NCBI GenBank assembly: GCA_950097015.1
Contig: CATNEN010000038.1
Coordinates: 29,388,001 to 29,452,000 of the forward strand
Length of the DNA stretch: 64,000 nt
Reading direction: 5' to 3'
Source: Macrostomum hystrix
Taxonomy: Eukaryota > Animalia > Platyhelminthes
Numbering within the stretch: position 1 is the stretch's first letter; each line of letters starts with the position of its first letter. The notes below the pieces were generated by a model. The model made no database searches. It was not told the origin of the DNA and was given only the letters and a program-made list of their open reading frames with translations. This document shows, piece by piece, positions 15,601 through 25,403 of the stretch. A program made the translations under genes and the position numbers.

Positions 15601-18600
15601 AGTCTGGTCTTTCTCCTGTTAAGAAACTGATTATGTCTGTCCTATTCGCAGGTGAACACTGGTCTGGTGTCTCTAGATCTGTCTTGGAACGGTCTCGGTT
15701 ACGAGGGCTGCATCGCTTTAGAGGAGGCCATCAGTTTCAACCGATACCTTCGCGAATTGGACATCACGGCCAATCGAATCAACTGGGAGGGCGCGCAGCT
15801 GATAGCGAAGGGATTAAAGAAGAACGCTGTGCTCACTGTACTCAAGATTGGTCTAAACACATTAACCATGACGGGTGTGATGGACATTCTCAGGGCGGTG
15901 GACAGCGACTCGTCATCAATGAGACACGTCGATTTTGAAGGCCAGATTATTTCGTCCAAGATCTTGTTCAAGATTGAGACAATCGGTCGGAGGCGACCGT
16001 TCACCTGCCGACATGAAGCTGTCATCGATTCGGAGGATGTGCTGGGCACTAGGATTGGTGAGCGCCGTTGTTGCCAGGGGAGACAGTGGGGTAGAGAGTG
16101 GACTAGACAGTGGGGTAGAGAGTGGAGTAGACAGTAGGGTAGAGAGTAGAGTAGACAGTAGGGTCGGATGTGGAGTAGACAGTAGGGTCGGAAGTGGAGT
16201 AGACAGTAGGGTAGGGAGTGGATTGGAAAGTAGTGGAGTAGACAGTAGGGTAGGGAGTGGATTGGAAAGTAGTGGAGTAGACAGTAGGGTAGGGAGTGGA
16301 TTGGAAAGTAGTGGAGTAGACAGTAGGGTAGACAGTCTACGTTTTTAAATCTTATAAATATAACTTAGCTCTTCACAAAACTTTTCAGAGGCAAAAGAGG
16401 ACCCACTCAGACTGCTCTTTGACTTCCTGAGCAGTCGAGCTATTCGCATAGTGGATCTTTATCGCATGATCGACAAGGAGAATAAACAGTTCTGCAGTCG
16501 TTCCAAATTTATTCGAAGCCTGAAAGTGAGTTAAGCCTACTAAGCATGCCAAAATAGTGCGCTTTCATTCATGGGTGAGAGAGAGACAGGTAGGGACTGG
16601 GGTGAGACAGGTAGAGACTGGGGTGAGACAGGTAGGGACTGGGTTGAGACAGGTAGAGATTGGGTTGAGACAGGTAGAGATTGGGGTGAGACAGGTAGAG
16701 ATTGGGTTGAGACAGGTAGAGATTGGGTTGAGACAGGTAGAGATTGGGTTGAGACAGGTAGAGATTGGGGTGAGACAGGTAGAGATTTGGGTGAGACAGG
16801 TAGAGATTGGGGTGAGACAGGTAGAGATTGGGGTGAGACAGGTAGAGATTGGGGTGAGACAAGTAGAGATTGGGGTGAGACAGATAGAGATTGGGGTGAG
16901 ACAGGTAGAGACTGGGGTGAGGCAGGTAGAGATTGGGGTGAGACAGGTAGAGATTGGGGTGAGACAGGGAGAGATTGGGGTGAGACAGGTAGAGACTGGG
17001 GTGAGACAGGTAGAGACTTGGGTGAGACAGGTAGAGATTGGGGTGAGACAAGTAGAGATTGGGGTGAGACAGATAGAGACTGGGGTGAGACAGGTAGAGA
17101 TTGGGTTGAGACAGGTAGAGATTGGGTTGAGACAGGTAGAGATTTGGGTGAGACAAGTAGAGATTTGGGTGAGACAGGTAGAGATTGGGGTGAGACAGGT
17201 AGAGATTGGGGTGAGACAGGTAGAGATTGGGGTGAGACAGGTAGAGATTTGGGTGAGACAGGTAGAGATTGGGTTGAGACAGGTAGAGATTGGGTTGAGA
17301 CAGGTAGAGACTGGGGTGTGGCAAATATTGGACTAGGGTCGAGATAGGTGTTCACAGGTAAAATTCCAAGTCAAAAACAATTTCAGCGCATGAAAGTACC
17401 GCTAACTGAGATGGAGCTGCTGCGAGTCACTCAACGAATCGATCCTAAGAAGACTGGAAAAATCAGTTACCAGTAAGTAGTGAGTTTGGACTTGATCTGT
17501 GTATTTTTGCCGTGGATTCCCCTCCCAAAGGGACTTCCCGTGGATTCCCCCCAAATGGATTTCCCGAATGAAGTCGTGGATTTCGTAGGTTAAGTAATGA
17601 ATTCCCTGCCTTGGATTTCCCAAATAAATTCGTGGATTCCCCTAAAGGTATTTCCTAGACGAAGTCGTGGATTCCCCCAATGGATTCGCGACATGCATTC
17701 AGTGATTCACCCAGCTTCCTTATCTCCAACCCGCGCCAGAATGCTCGCCAAAGGGCTTCGGAGCCTTCGGGTGCAACTCCGAGACGACGAGAAGAAGCGC
17801 GCTGCTCAAGAGAAGCGCGAACAGGCCGACCAGAAGCGGCTGCTGGACCAGGTCGGCGAGCTGAGCCTTGACGCTGCCACGCAGGAGGCCGCAGCGGCAG
17901 CGAAGCGTCGGCGCAGTCTGGCGGCCAGGGCGCTGGACAACAGCCTGCGGAGCGGCTTCGCTCCGACTCCACTAGGCATCACGGAGCGAATTTTTCGATC
18001 ACCGTCGCCGTTAAGCGGCGGCTCGGTGGCGGCTTATTATTTCTTTAGCGAAAGCCGGCAGCAACAACAGCAGCAGCAGCAGCTGGTTAGTGTAGCGCTA
18101 AGAAAATTATATTTGTTAAGCGTTGGACACTGAAGATTCCTGAAGAATGACTGAAGATTCCTGAAGAATGACTGAAGATTCCTGAAGAATGACTGAAGAT
18201 TCCTGAAGAATGACTGAAGATTCCTGAAGAATGACTGAAGATTTCTGAAGAATGACTGAAGATTCCTGAAGAATGACTGAAGATTCCTGAAGAATGGCTG
18301 AAGATTCCTAAAGAATGACTGAAGATTCCTGAAAAATGACGGAATAATTCTGAAGAGTGGCTGATAGCTGAAGTACACTTGAAGTTTCAAGACTGAATGC
18401 CTGAAGGAGGCCTGAAATCGTTGAGTATTTTTTCTCCAAAAAACCTATAGTCCGATCGAAGGACGCCGTCGTCAACCACGGGTACATCCAGGGGCGCCTC
18501 AAGGCAAGTCAGCCTGCCGCCAATCAGCGCCGGCGGAGCGCCCAGCTCGGCGTCAAGGCCGTCAACCAGGCGCAGGCGCGGGCGACGCGACACTGTCGCC

Positions 18601-18696
18601 GGAGGGGCTGGCGAGACGGATCTCGACGGCGATGACGACGAGTTGGCGCCGAATAGGGACTACAAGGCGCCGACAGCTGTGACTTTCACTGATTAG
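3666..18696 (+). CDS. Leucine-rich repeat protein (RI-like LRRs) with C-terminal EF-hand-like region, LRRC74-like
   Basis: Phase-compatible GT-AG exons 3666-4381, 7963-8135, 9765-10063, 13325-13468, 13851-14018, 15652-16057, 16389-16525, 17387-17472, 17740-18085, 18451-18696. LRR motifs LDLRSNGI, LDLSDNNLGD, LDLSWNHIRGKG, LDLSWNGLGYEG; EF-like IVDLYRMIDKENK and IDPKKTGKISY. The first two (low-complexity) exons are less certain. Confidence 0.82.
4960..5550. repeat. 31-32-bp intronic tandem repeat (GATTTCCCTCGCGAAGATGAGATTCACCTTTG)
   Basis: Direct periodicity. Confidence 0.93.
6190..6360 (-). mobile_element. SINE family A, 5'-truncated copy
   Basis: Matches the copies at 18860, 24326 and 40335 (GTGTACATCTGCCCTG..TCAGGCAGTGTACAC, GCACGACAAGCCCC). 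Confidence 0.8.
6363..7448. repeat. 8-bp simple repeat (GAGTGAGG/GAGTGAGA)n
   Basis: Direct periodicity. Confidence 0.96.
8205..8670. repeat. 30-bp intronic tandem repeat (GGGAAGTCTTGGTCATGACACACTCATGAC)
   Basis: Direct periodicity. Confidence 0.93.
9495..9720 (+). repeat. Diverged dispersed repeat, copy 1 (also at 14490-14589 plus 15569-15610, and inverted at 63805-63935)
   Basis: Shared GGACGGCTTTGAAAGTTAGTTCAT with the 63.8-kb copy and GTCATTC.GTTTGGG.GCTAT.GTGAAGTA with the 14.5-kb copy. Confidence 0.75.
10190..10995. repeat. Compound purine-rich tandem repeat (GAGAGATGAGACGG / GAGATGATACACGG)
   Basis: Direct periodicity. Confidence 0.92.
11680..13110. repeat. 24-bp (two 12-bp subunits) tandem repeat GAACCGATAGAA-GGACCAACTGAT
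   Basis: Direct periodicity; explains several spurious ORFs. Confidence 0.96.
14116..14457. repeat. 26-bp intronic tandem repeat (GAAACAACTTCCAGAATATACTTGAT)
   Basis: Direct periodicity. Confidence 0.95.
14590..15568. mobile_element. Non-autonomous TIR DNA transposon (CCC..GGG ends, 2-bp TSD; CMC/EnSpm-like)
   Basis: Left TIR CCCACTGGGACTCAACTCCGACATT, right TIR AATGTCGGAGTTAGGTCCCAGCGGG; AT on both flanks; TCGG/CCGA-rich subterminal repeats; it splits a copy of the dispersed repeat seen intact at 9580-9710. Confidence 0.8.
16080..16335. repeat. Compound repeat (GTGGAGTAGACAGTAGGGTAG..) filling LRR-gene intron 6
   Basis: Direct periodicity. Confidence 0.85.
16575..17320. repeat. 21-bp intronic tandem repeat (GAGACAGGTAGAGATTGGGGT)
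   Basis: Direct periodicity. Confidence 0.96.
18130..18350. repeat. 21-bp intronic tandem repeat (CTGAAGATTCCTGAAGAATGA)
   Basis: Direct periodicity. Confidence 0.93.
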
Positions 18697-18859
18697 ACAT
18701 TTAGACTCAAACGGAATCAAACCGTTTGTTTTTAGCTCGAAAAGTACAACTAGCCTAGCCTAAAAAGTGCTTAAAAGTACAAACAGCTAAATCGCGATTC
18801 AAAAGGTATAGAATAGAATAAAAATAAAATAACTCTTAAAATGTACATAGCAAAAACAT

Positions 18860-19202
18860 TAGCAGCTGTGTGCAATGGCACACCATTTGGTGGCACTAGA
18901 CCCGCAGCCAGCGAGGAAACGATTCTGCCTATTCTGCTGACTTCTGAGCACACACGCACACAGATACTGTACGCAGGCACACACTTACTCAGGTGTGTAC
19001 ATCTGCCTGCCTTTCTCATCGTCAGGCAGTGTACACTGTCACTGCCTTGAAGGTTGGCCCTCAGGGGAGTTAAATGGCACGACAAGCCCCCAAGCCTTCT
19101 CTCCGCGTCTGCGCCCCAAATGAATTTTGCCTCACCGAGGAATCGAGCTCAGGGACCTTGGTGCGAGAGGAAAACGCATTAACCGCTCTGCCACTCACCC
19201 CC
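18860..19202 (-). mobile_element. tRNA-derived SINE family A, near full length
   Basis: Minus-strand head with A-box-like TGGCAGAGCGG and B-box-like GCTCGATTCC; body matches three other copies. Confidence 0.82.
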
Positions 19203-20128
19203 ATGAAATTGTACCAAGTTTAAGTCGCTGCTAATATGCGTCCAGACATCGGAAATGTCTCGTTTAATAACAAAATTCTTGGTCTTCCGGGTTAGATTAG
19301 TCGGAAGTTTTCAACAAAAGTTTCCTTTTTTGGGATTAGTTTAAGTTTATTCAACCGATTATCGATTTCTACAAGAGACACAAAGTACAATCACGTGATG
19401 CGAGAGAGTACATTTTCTTGTACAGCAGCTACCGTAATCATAGGATCACACAACTTCTATTCTGGCTCATCGTTCCACATAGCATGACAAATTGAGTTGC
19501 CTATGGCTTACTTTCTCGTGTGAATTCAAACGCTTGGCCACAGAATTCCATGGGCCGTTCCGTTTTGCATGACCACTGTTCCACATGGCGCGACAAAAGC
19601 TACACTAGCTAGCAACACAATTTTTTCTACGCTCATACGACTGAAAAAAACGGGCAAGGCTTAAAAGATCAAAACGACTTGAGTTGTTCTGGCTTTGTTT
19701 AATCAAGGAGATTGAAAATCGCAAAAAATATTTTATTTGTAGTCACTAATGGCAAATAATCACTTAAGCTTATTATACATAAAAAACTAAACTAATTACT
19801 TATAATAGTAAGTGCTCGCGTTTCAAAAGATGTTAAAATAGTAGTTAAATAAATATTTTAGTAGATAAATTAAAACAAAAAACAGGACAAAAAATAGATT
19901 CGAGTTTAACTACGGATAGAATCTAAATATATAGAAATCAAAATCAACCCTGTTATGCTGTATAGCTGTTAAGTACGTGGACAAAGTACTGATTTCACAA
20001 CTTGGTGACACTAAAGCACTAGTTTATTAAGCTCCAGGACACAAGGCTAAGAATTCTAAATCTCTGGTTTAACGATTCAGATTAACGACAAAGGAGAAAA
20101 ACGACAGTTTAACGATAAGAATACAATT

Positions 20129-21783
20129 TTATAGACGCTTAACGATCATCAACAGCTTGCGCTTAGTGTTACTACTAGCAGTAGTAGCGGCAACAAAGCC
20201 ACCCTCGGCACCGACAATCAGAGGCGGAGAAGCCGACGGGATGGAACACTCTGAACACTTCAGCTTCGACTTGTTCGACGCGTTGAATCGGCGAGATTTG
20301 TCCACAGCGGTGCGGCACAGGTCCAGGAGGAATTTGAGTTCGTTCTCAGCCGAGGCGACATCCGCCTCCAGTTTGCTGTTAACTGACTGCAGCTGCGAGT
20401 GCAACGCGTTGGCCAGCGAATTACTGCGACGCTGCTTGACCCGGTACCTGTGGGATCAGTGGGAGATCAATCTGAGGATCTGGGATCAGTGGGAGATCAA
20501 TCTGAGGATCTGGGATCAGTGGGAGATCAATCTGAGGATCTGGGATCAGTGGGAGATCAATCTGAGGATCTGGGATCAGTGGGAACTCAATCTGAGGATC
20601 TGGGATCAGTGGGAGATCAATCTGAGGATCTGGGATCAGTGGGAACTCAATCTGAGGATCTGGGATCAGTGGGAGATCAATCTGAGGATCTGGGATCAGT
20701 GGGAACTCAATCTGAGGATCTGGGATCAGTGGGAGATCAATCTGAGGATCTGGGATCAGTGGGAGATCAATCTGAGGATCTGGGATCAGTGGGAGATCAA
20801 TCTGAGGATCTGGGATCAGTGGGAACTCAATCTGAGGATCTGGGATCAGTGGGAGATAAATCTGAGGATCTGGGATCAGTGGGAGATCAATCTGAGGATC
20901 TGGGATCAGTGGGAGATCAATCTGAGGATCTGGGATCAGTGGGAACTCAATCTGAGGATCTGGGATCAGTGGGAGATCAATCTGAGGATCTGGGATCAGT
21001 GGGAACTCAATCTGAGGATCTGGGATCAGTGGGAGATCAATCTGAGGATCTGGGATCAGTGGGAGATCAATCTGAGGACCTGGGATCAGTGGGAACTCAA
21101 TATGAGGATCTGAGGCGAGTTGGGAGTGAATCGGAGAATAAGAGTGGAACCGATTTGAAGTTAGGGAATGGGAATAAAATAGTACTCAAGTGGGATAGTT
21201 TTGGCTGCTCTCCCAACCTGAACGCGGCCTCGCGGTTAGCCTCGGATTTGTTTTTCTTCTGTCGACTACGGCGACCGCCACGCCATGTCGACAGCAGCTG
21301 AGCCGAGTCAACAGACGATTGAGCTCCCAGAGTCGCAGAAGATTTCATTGACACAGAATCGTAATCCTCAAACAAGTCGTCGACACAATCGTCCTCGACC
21401 ACCACTTCCTCGACAACAACTTCCTCGACGGGAGCGGTCGCATCTGATGGCAGGAATGATTCAACCGCGAGCAGCTCCTGGAGCGGATCATCGTCAGCGG
21501 GCTCCACTACAAAGTTGTCGCTTGAGTCGATAGCGACAGCTCCGTCGGAACTAAACGAAGCCAGGCAGTCAGCGTCGAAATCAACTCCCGGATCGAAGGA
21601 GTTGAAACACGCGTCATCACTCAGGGTGTCTGTCAGCCATACAGAAGCTGACGACAGCAGTGCCTCATCAGTCGGAAAGTCGGTAGAGTCGCATGAGCGA
21701 CGCTGGATAAAAAACTCCAACAAGTCTGTTGTCGACGACGCAGAGATGTCGCCGAGAACAATGGAAGCCATGTTGGTTGCCAT
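20129..21783 (-). CDS. ATF4: ATF4/ATF5-like bZIP transcription factor
   Basis: Exons 21783-21218 and 20447-20129 splice (phase 2) to give KKNKSEANREAAFRYRVKQRR..LQSVNSKLEADVASAENELKFLLDLC, matching the ATF4 basic region (NxxAAxRYR) and zipper; acidic N-terminus; ATF4-type uORFs upstream. Confidence 0.85.
20451..21112. repeat. 30-bp tandem repeat filling the ATF4-like intron (TGGGATCAGTGGGAGATCAATCTGAGGATC)
   Basis: About 22 near-identical units ending at the splice acceptor. Confidence 0.97.
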
Positions 21784-21871
21784 GGTTACAGTCGGTGCTG
21801 GTTAACAAATAGTGGAACGACGCGTGGTGCTTGCGGTTAAATTGTTGAGGATCAACAGTTAGTAGGGCCAT
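21668..21871 (-). promoter_or_regulatory. uORF2 (67 aa) overlapping the ATF4-like start out of frame
   Basis: ATG at 21871 lies 88 nt upstream of the main ATG (21783), in a different frame, and stops at 21668 inside the CDS. Confidence 0.75.
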
Positions 21872-21955
21872 GATGGCTAATTAGCAGAAGCTGCAGAATT
21901 GGCTTGTCAAATTTGTAACAAACTGGCCTGGCGGGGCGCAGCGGAGTAGCTGGAG

Positions 21956-21970
21956 CTACTGGCGATTCAT
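21956..21970 (-). promoter_or_regulatory. Short uORF1 (ATG AAT CGC CAG TAG, MNRQ*)
   Basis: Read directly; about 85 nt upstream of uORF2. Confidence 0.7.
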
Positions 21971-22877
21971 CTCTCTAGCAGAGCTGCGAATGCGAGGGTC
22001 GGGGCGAGTGATGATGAGAGCATAGTTGACACTCGAGCAATTGTAATTCCGGGTGATGCTTTATGGAATGCCTAATTCTAAGAAATCCTAATTAACGGAA
22101 ATTCAGATAAAAAACGCTGATTAAAAAACACAGAACACGATTCAAAGAAAACTCGATTCACAGAAATCCTGATTCACAGAAATCCTGATTTATTGAAATC
22201 CCGATTTACAGAAATCCTTACTTAATGAAATCCCGATTCACAGAAATCCTGATTAAATGAAATCCTGATTTACAGAAATCCCGATTCACAGAAATCCCGA
22301 TTTACAGAAATCTCGATTCACAGAAATCGCGATTCACTGAAATCCATATTCACAGCAGTTAACATTGTCAAGACAATCTTAAAGTTTCATGAGCTTTAAA
22401 TAAAATGTCGAAAGGGAAAGATAAATAACATGAAAATGATCAATTTACTTTAAATAATCAATTACTTGTTAAGAAGTCAATAATCTTTATTAAATCTTGC
22501 AAAAGTCTCTGTAAAAAGATTATTTTTACGGGTGCAAAAATTTACAGTACTGTGAATCAATAAACTGTGAACATGTTGGTTTGTTTAAATTAACATTTTT
22601 TCCAATTATGAAGCTAAATTATACTCTAGAAGGTACTCAAATAAAATTTAGGGAAATTAGCACCGTTGACATCGAAGTTAATTTTTCCTGCATTTTAAGA
22701 AAGTGCATAAAACTAGTTAAACCATTGATCGAATCGGATCATGCCACATGACAAAATATATGCCTACTGAAGGCTTAATTGATTCAACAAACATGCTTAA
22801 CAATTGAAATCAATAAGGTACTATCTCTTTAACCAGCTTTTAGAAATGGTCGAGTGAAAACCTAAAATAGTTAATCA

Positions 22878-23196
22878 ACTTTGAATAGGTCCAGTTGGAC
22901 TTTGAATAGGCCCAGTTGGACTTTGAATAGGTCCAGTTGGACTTTGAATAGGTCCAGTTGGACTTTGAATAGGTCCAGTTGGACTTTGAATAGGTCCAGT
23001 TAGACTTTGAATAGGTCCAGTTGGACTTTGAATAGGTCCAGTTGGACTTTGAATAGGTCCAGTTGGACTTTGAATAGGTCCAGTTGGACTTTGAATAGGT
23101 CCAGTTGGACGTTGAATAGGTCCAGTTGGACTTTGAATAGGTCCAGTTGGACTTTGAATAGGTCCAGTTGGACTTTGAATAGGTCCAGTTGGACTT
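22878..23196. repeat. 21-bp tandem repeat (ACTTTGAATAGGTCCAGTTGG)
   Basis: Direct periodicity. Confidence 0.95.
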
Positions 23197-23359
23197 TTAC
23201 TAAGATGCAATGTGTCATATTATTTGATTCTGGTTAGAATTATTGTATAGGAACAGTATTATTATTTTAGACGGAAAATGTAAACAGATTGCGCAATAGA
23301 TAGGTTATAGTTTTTGTAGGACTGCACAAGTCTTTTCCAGCCTAGTCTCTGAAATTCAG

Positions 23360-24265
23360 TTAAAATCGAGCAACTCGCATTGGAATATTCTCCGAAACTA
23401 GATAATCGTCTTGAAAGACCACAACAATGTTGACTTCGAAATCGACGCGAAAATTGGTAGCGGCAATGCTCGGACAGGTGAAAAGACGCGGCAGCACCAT
23501 GTACAGCGGGATTGTAACACCTCTTGGTGCGTCGCCGTCAGCCACCTGAATATTTTGAATCTCTGTTGTCTCCTTTGCGTAGCCTTCCAAACAGCCGCAG
23601 GTTTCAACGCGCACTAATTGAAGCTCCACACTTTTGATTTTCGTGGCGCATTGTTCGATAACAATTTCGCCAGTTAAAGGCTCGGACATTGTTATCTGGC
23701 TAGATGCCAGTTTACCTGTGACACGAAATTTCGGCAGACTAGCTTTATTCTGAACGTTGACCACACTATCCGGACTAATAGCAAAGCTGACAGGTGTCAG
23801 TGTGCGAGGTTCGCCAGCGTTCTTCGAATTGTATTCGACAAGAAATTCGCAGCTCTTGCTGAGGTCTTTGTTTAATAGCGAGCGTTTCATATCCAATTGC
23901 AGATTGTACTGAATGTTGATAAACACGCCGTGATAGGTCTCATAAAGCACCTTATTACCCTTGGATTTGAATGGGATTTCAAATGGGATCTCGGTTTGAC
24001 CGGCTGGGAATTTTCCAGGCTTTGCCAATTCCAAACTGGCACTAATCAGTGGAATAGGCTTGATGCTATTGTAGAAGGCTTCAAATACGCCAACATTCTT
24101 AGAGCTCAGCTGCATACTAACAGTACCATTTAGGCTCAGAGTTAGGCCATTGTGACCGCAATCCTGTTTGCAACGAATGACAGCCAGGCCAGAGACTGTG
24201 TCGCCATCTGTGTAGGTCTTATTAATGCGTTTGAGGCGAATATCCAAAGTTGCGGCCATGACCAT
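23360..24265 (-). CDS. VPS26C: VPS26C / DSCR3, retriever complex subunit (single exon)
   Basis: 301-aa ORF with LSSKNVGVFEAFYNSIKPI, LYETYHGVFINIQY, VELQLVRVETCGC.EGYAKE.TEIQNIQ.ADGD, PRLFTCP. Confidence 0.96.
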   Translation of the reverse strand: MVMAATLDIRLKRINKTYTDGDTVSGLAVIRCKQDCGHNGLTLSLNGTVSMQLSSKNVGVFEAFYNSIKPIPLISASLELAKPGKFPAGQTEIPFEIPFKSKGNKVLYETYHGVFINIQYNLQLDMKRSLLNKDLSKSCEFLVEYNSKNAGEPRTLTPVSFAISPDSVVNVQNKASLPKFRVTGKLASSQITMSEPLTGEIVIEQCATKIKSVELQLVRVETCGCLEGYAKETTEIQNIQVADGDAPRGVTIPLYMVLPRLFTCPSIAATNFRVDFEVNIVVVFQDDYLVSENIPMRVARF

Positions 24266-24325
24266 TGGTTTAAAGTAGAAATCTGCAATAAATTAACAAA
24301 AGAGAGATCATCAGTTCGTTGAAGG

Positions 24326-24695
24326 GGAGGGGGTCAGTGGTAGAGGGCTTAACGAGTTTGCCTCCTTGCACCAAGTTTGCCTGAGCTCGATTCCACGGCA
24401 AGGACATATTCGTTTGGGGCGCAGCCGCGGAGAGAAGGCTTGGAGGCTTGTCGTGCAGTTTACGCCCTTGAGAGCCAGCCTTTAAGGCACAGTGAGATTG
24501 TACACTGCCTGACGATGAGAAAGTCAGGGCAGATGTACACACCTGTGTTAGCGTGTGCCTGCGTACAGGATGTGTGTGCTCGAGTCAGGAGTCAGCGAAA
24601 TGGGCAGAATTGCCTACTCACTGGCTGCGGGTATAGTGTCACTAAATTCTGTGCCATTGCACTCAGCCCTGCTGCCATTATTATTATCATTATTA
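24326..24695 (+). mobile_element. tRNA-derived SINE family A with (ATT)n tail
   Basis: tRNA-like head (AGTGGTAGAG..GCTCGATTCC), shared body, ATTATT tail. Confidence 0.82.
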
Positions 24696-25359
24696 TGCTG
24701 GATGCCATTTTCACAGCTTGATTTTGTTTGATTTGAATGTCTTGATTACAGACAAATTTTTACTCACGTCTAACCACTGGACAATAAGCTCCCGTAAAAG
24801 GGGGGGCGAAATTGCTAGTCCTTACTACTAAAAGCTCAAGTACTGATAATTTCAGCTCTGGACGATATGGACTTCTAATGGACTATAAGTTATCGAAAGA
24901 GGGGGCAAACATTGCTAGTCCTTACTACAAAGAAAATAAAATTGCAAATAAATTTAACGATAAAAAAATTGCATTGAAGTACACTCGGTTTATTAGTGAA
25001 ATACTATCATTCTATAGCCATTAATAGCTCGTAAATAAATGCCGAGAAACAAACCGTTTTCTTAAAATGAGGAAAACGAAACAGTTACCAAGACTGCGCG
25101 CTGCTTACAAGTCTAATCAACAAGTTAATCAATCAATCAATGATTGACATTGATAAGTGCAAAAATATTTGCTAATGTAGCTAGAGGCTACATTAATTTG
25201 GGGCAGATATGACACAACAGTGTGTGCATAAACCTGCTTAAGAGTCAGCGAAAGGATCAGAATTATATAAAAAATAATGTACCACTGGCCACAGCTCTAC
25301 ATGCGAATTTCATTATTTATTTGTCTCACTAACAAATATAGATACGAAGCATATTTAAG

Positions 25360-25367
25360 CTATTTAT

Positions 25368-25403
<36 letters not shown>

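Noticed and set aside
24505-24530. Hammerhead ribozyme core (CTGACGA..GAAA) in SINE A
   Set aside because: No stem II fits between the motifs and the region folds as one simple hairpin
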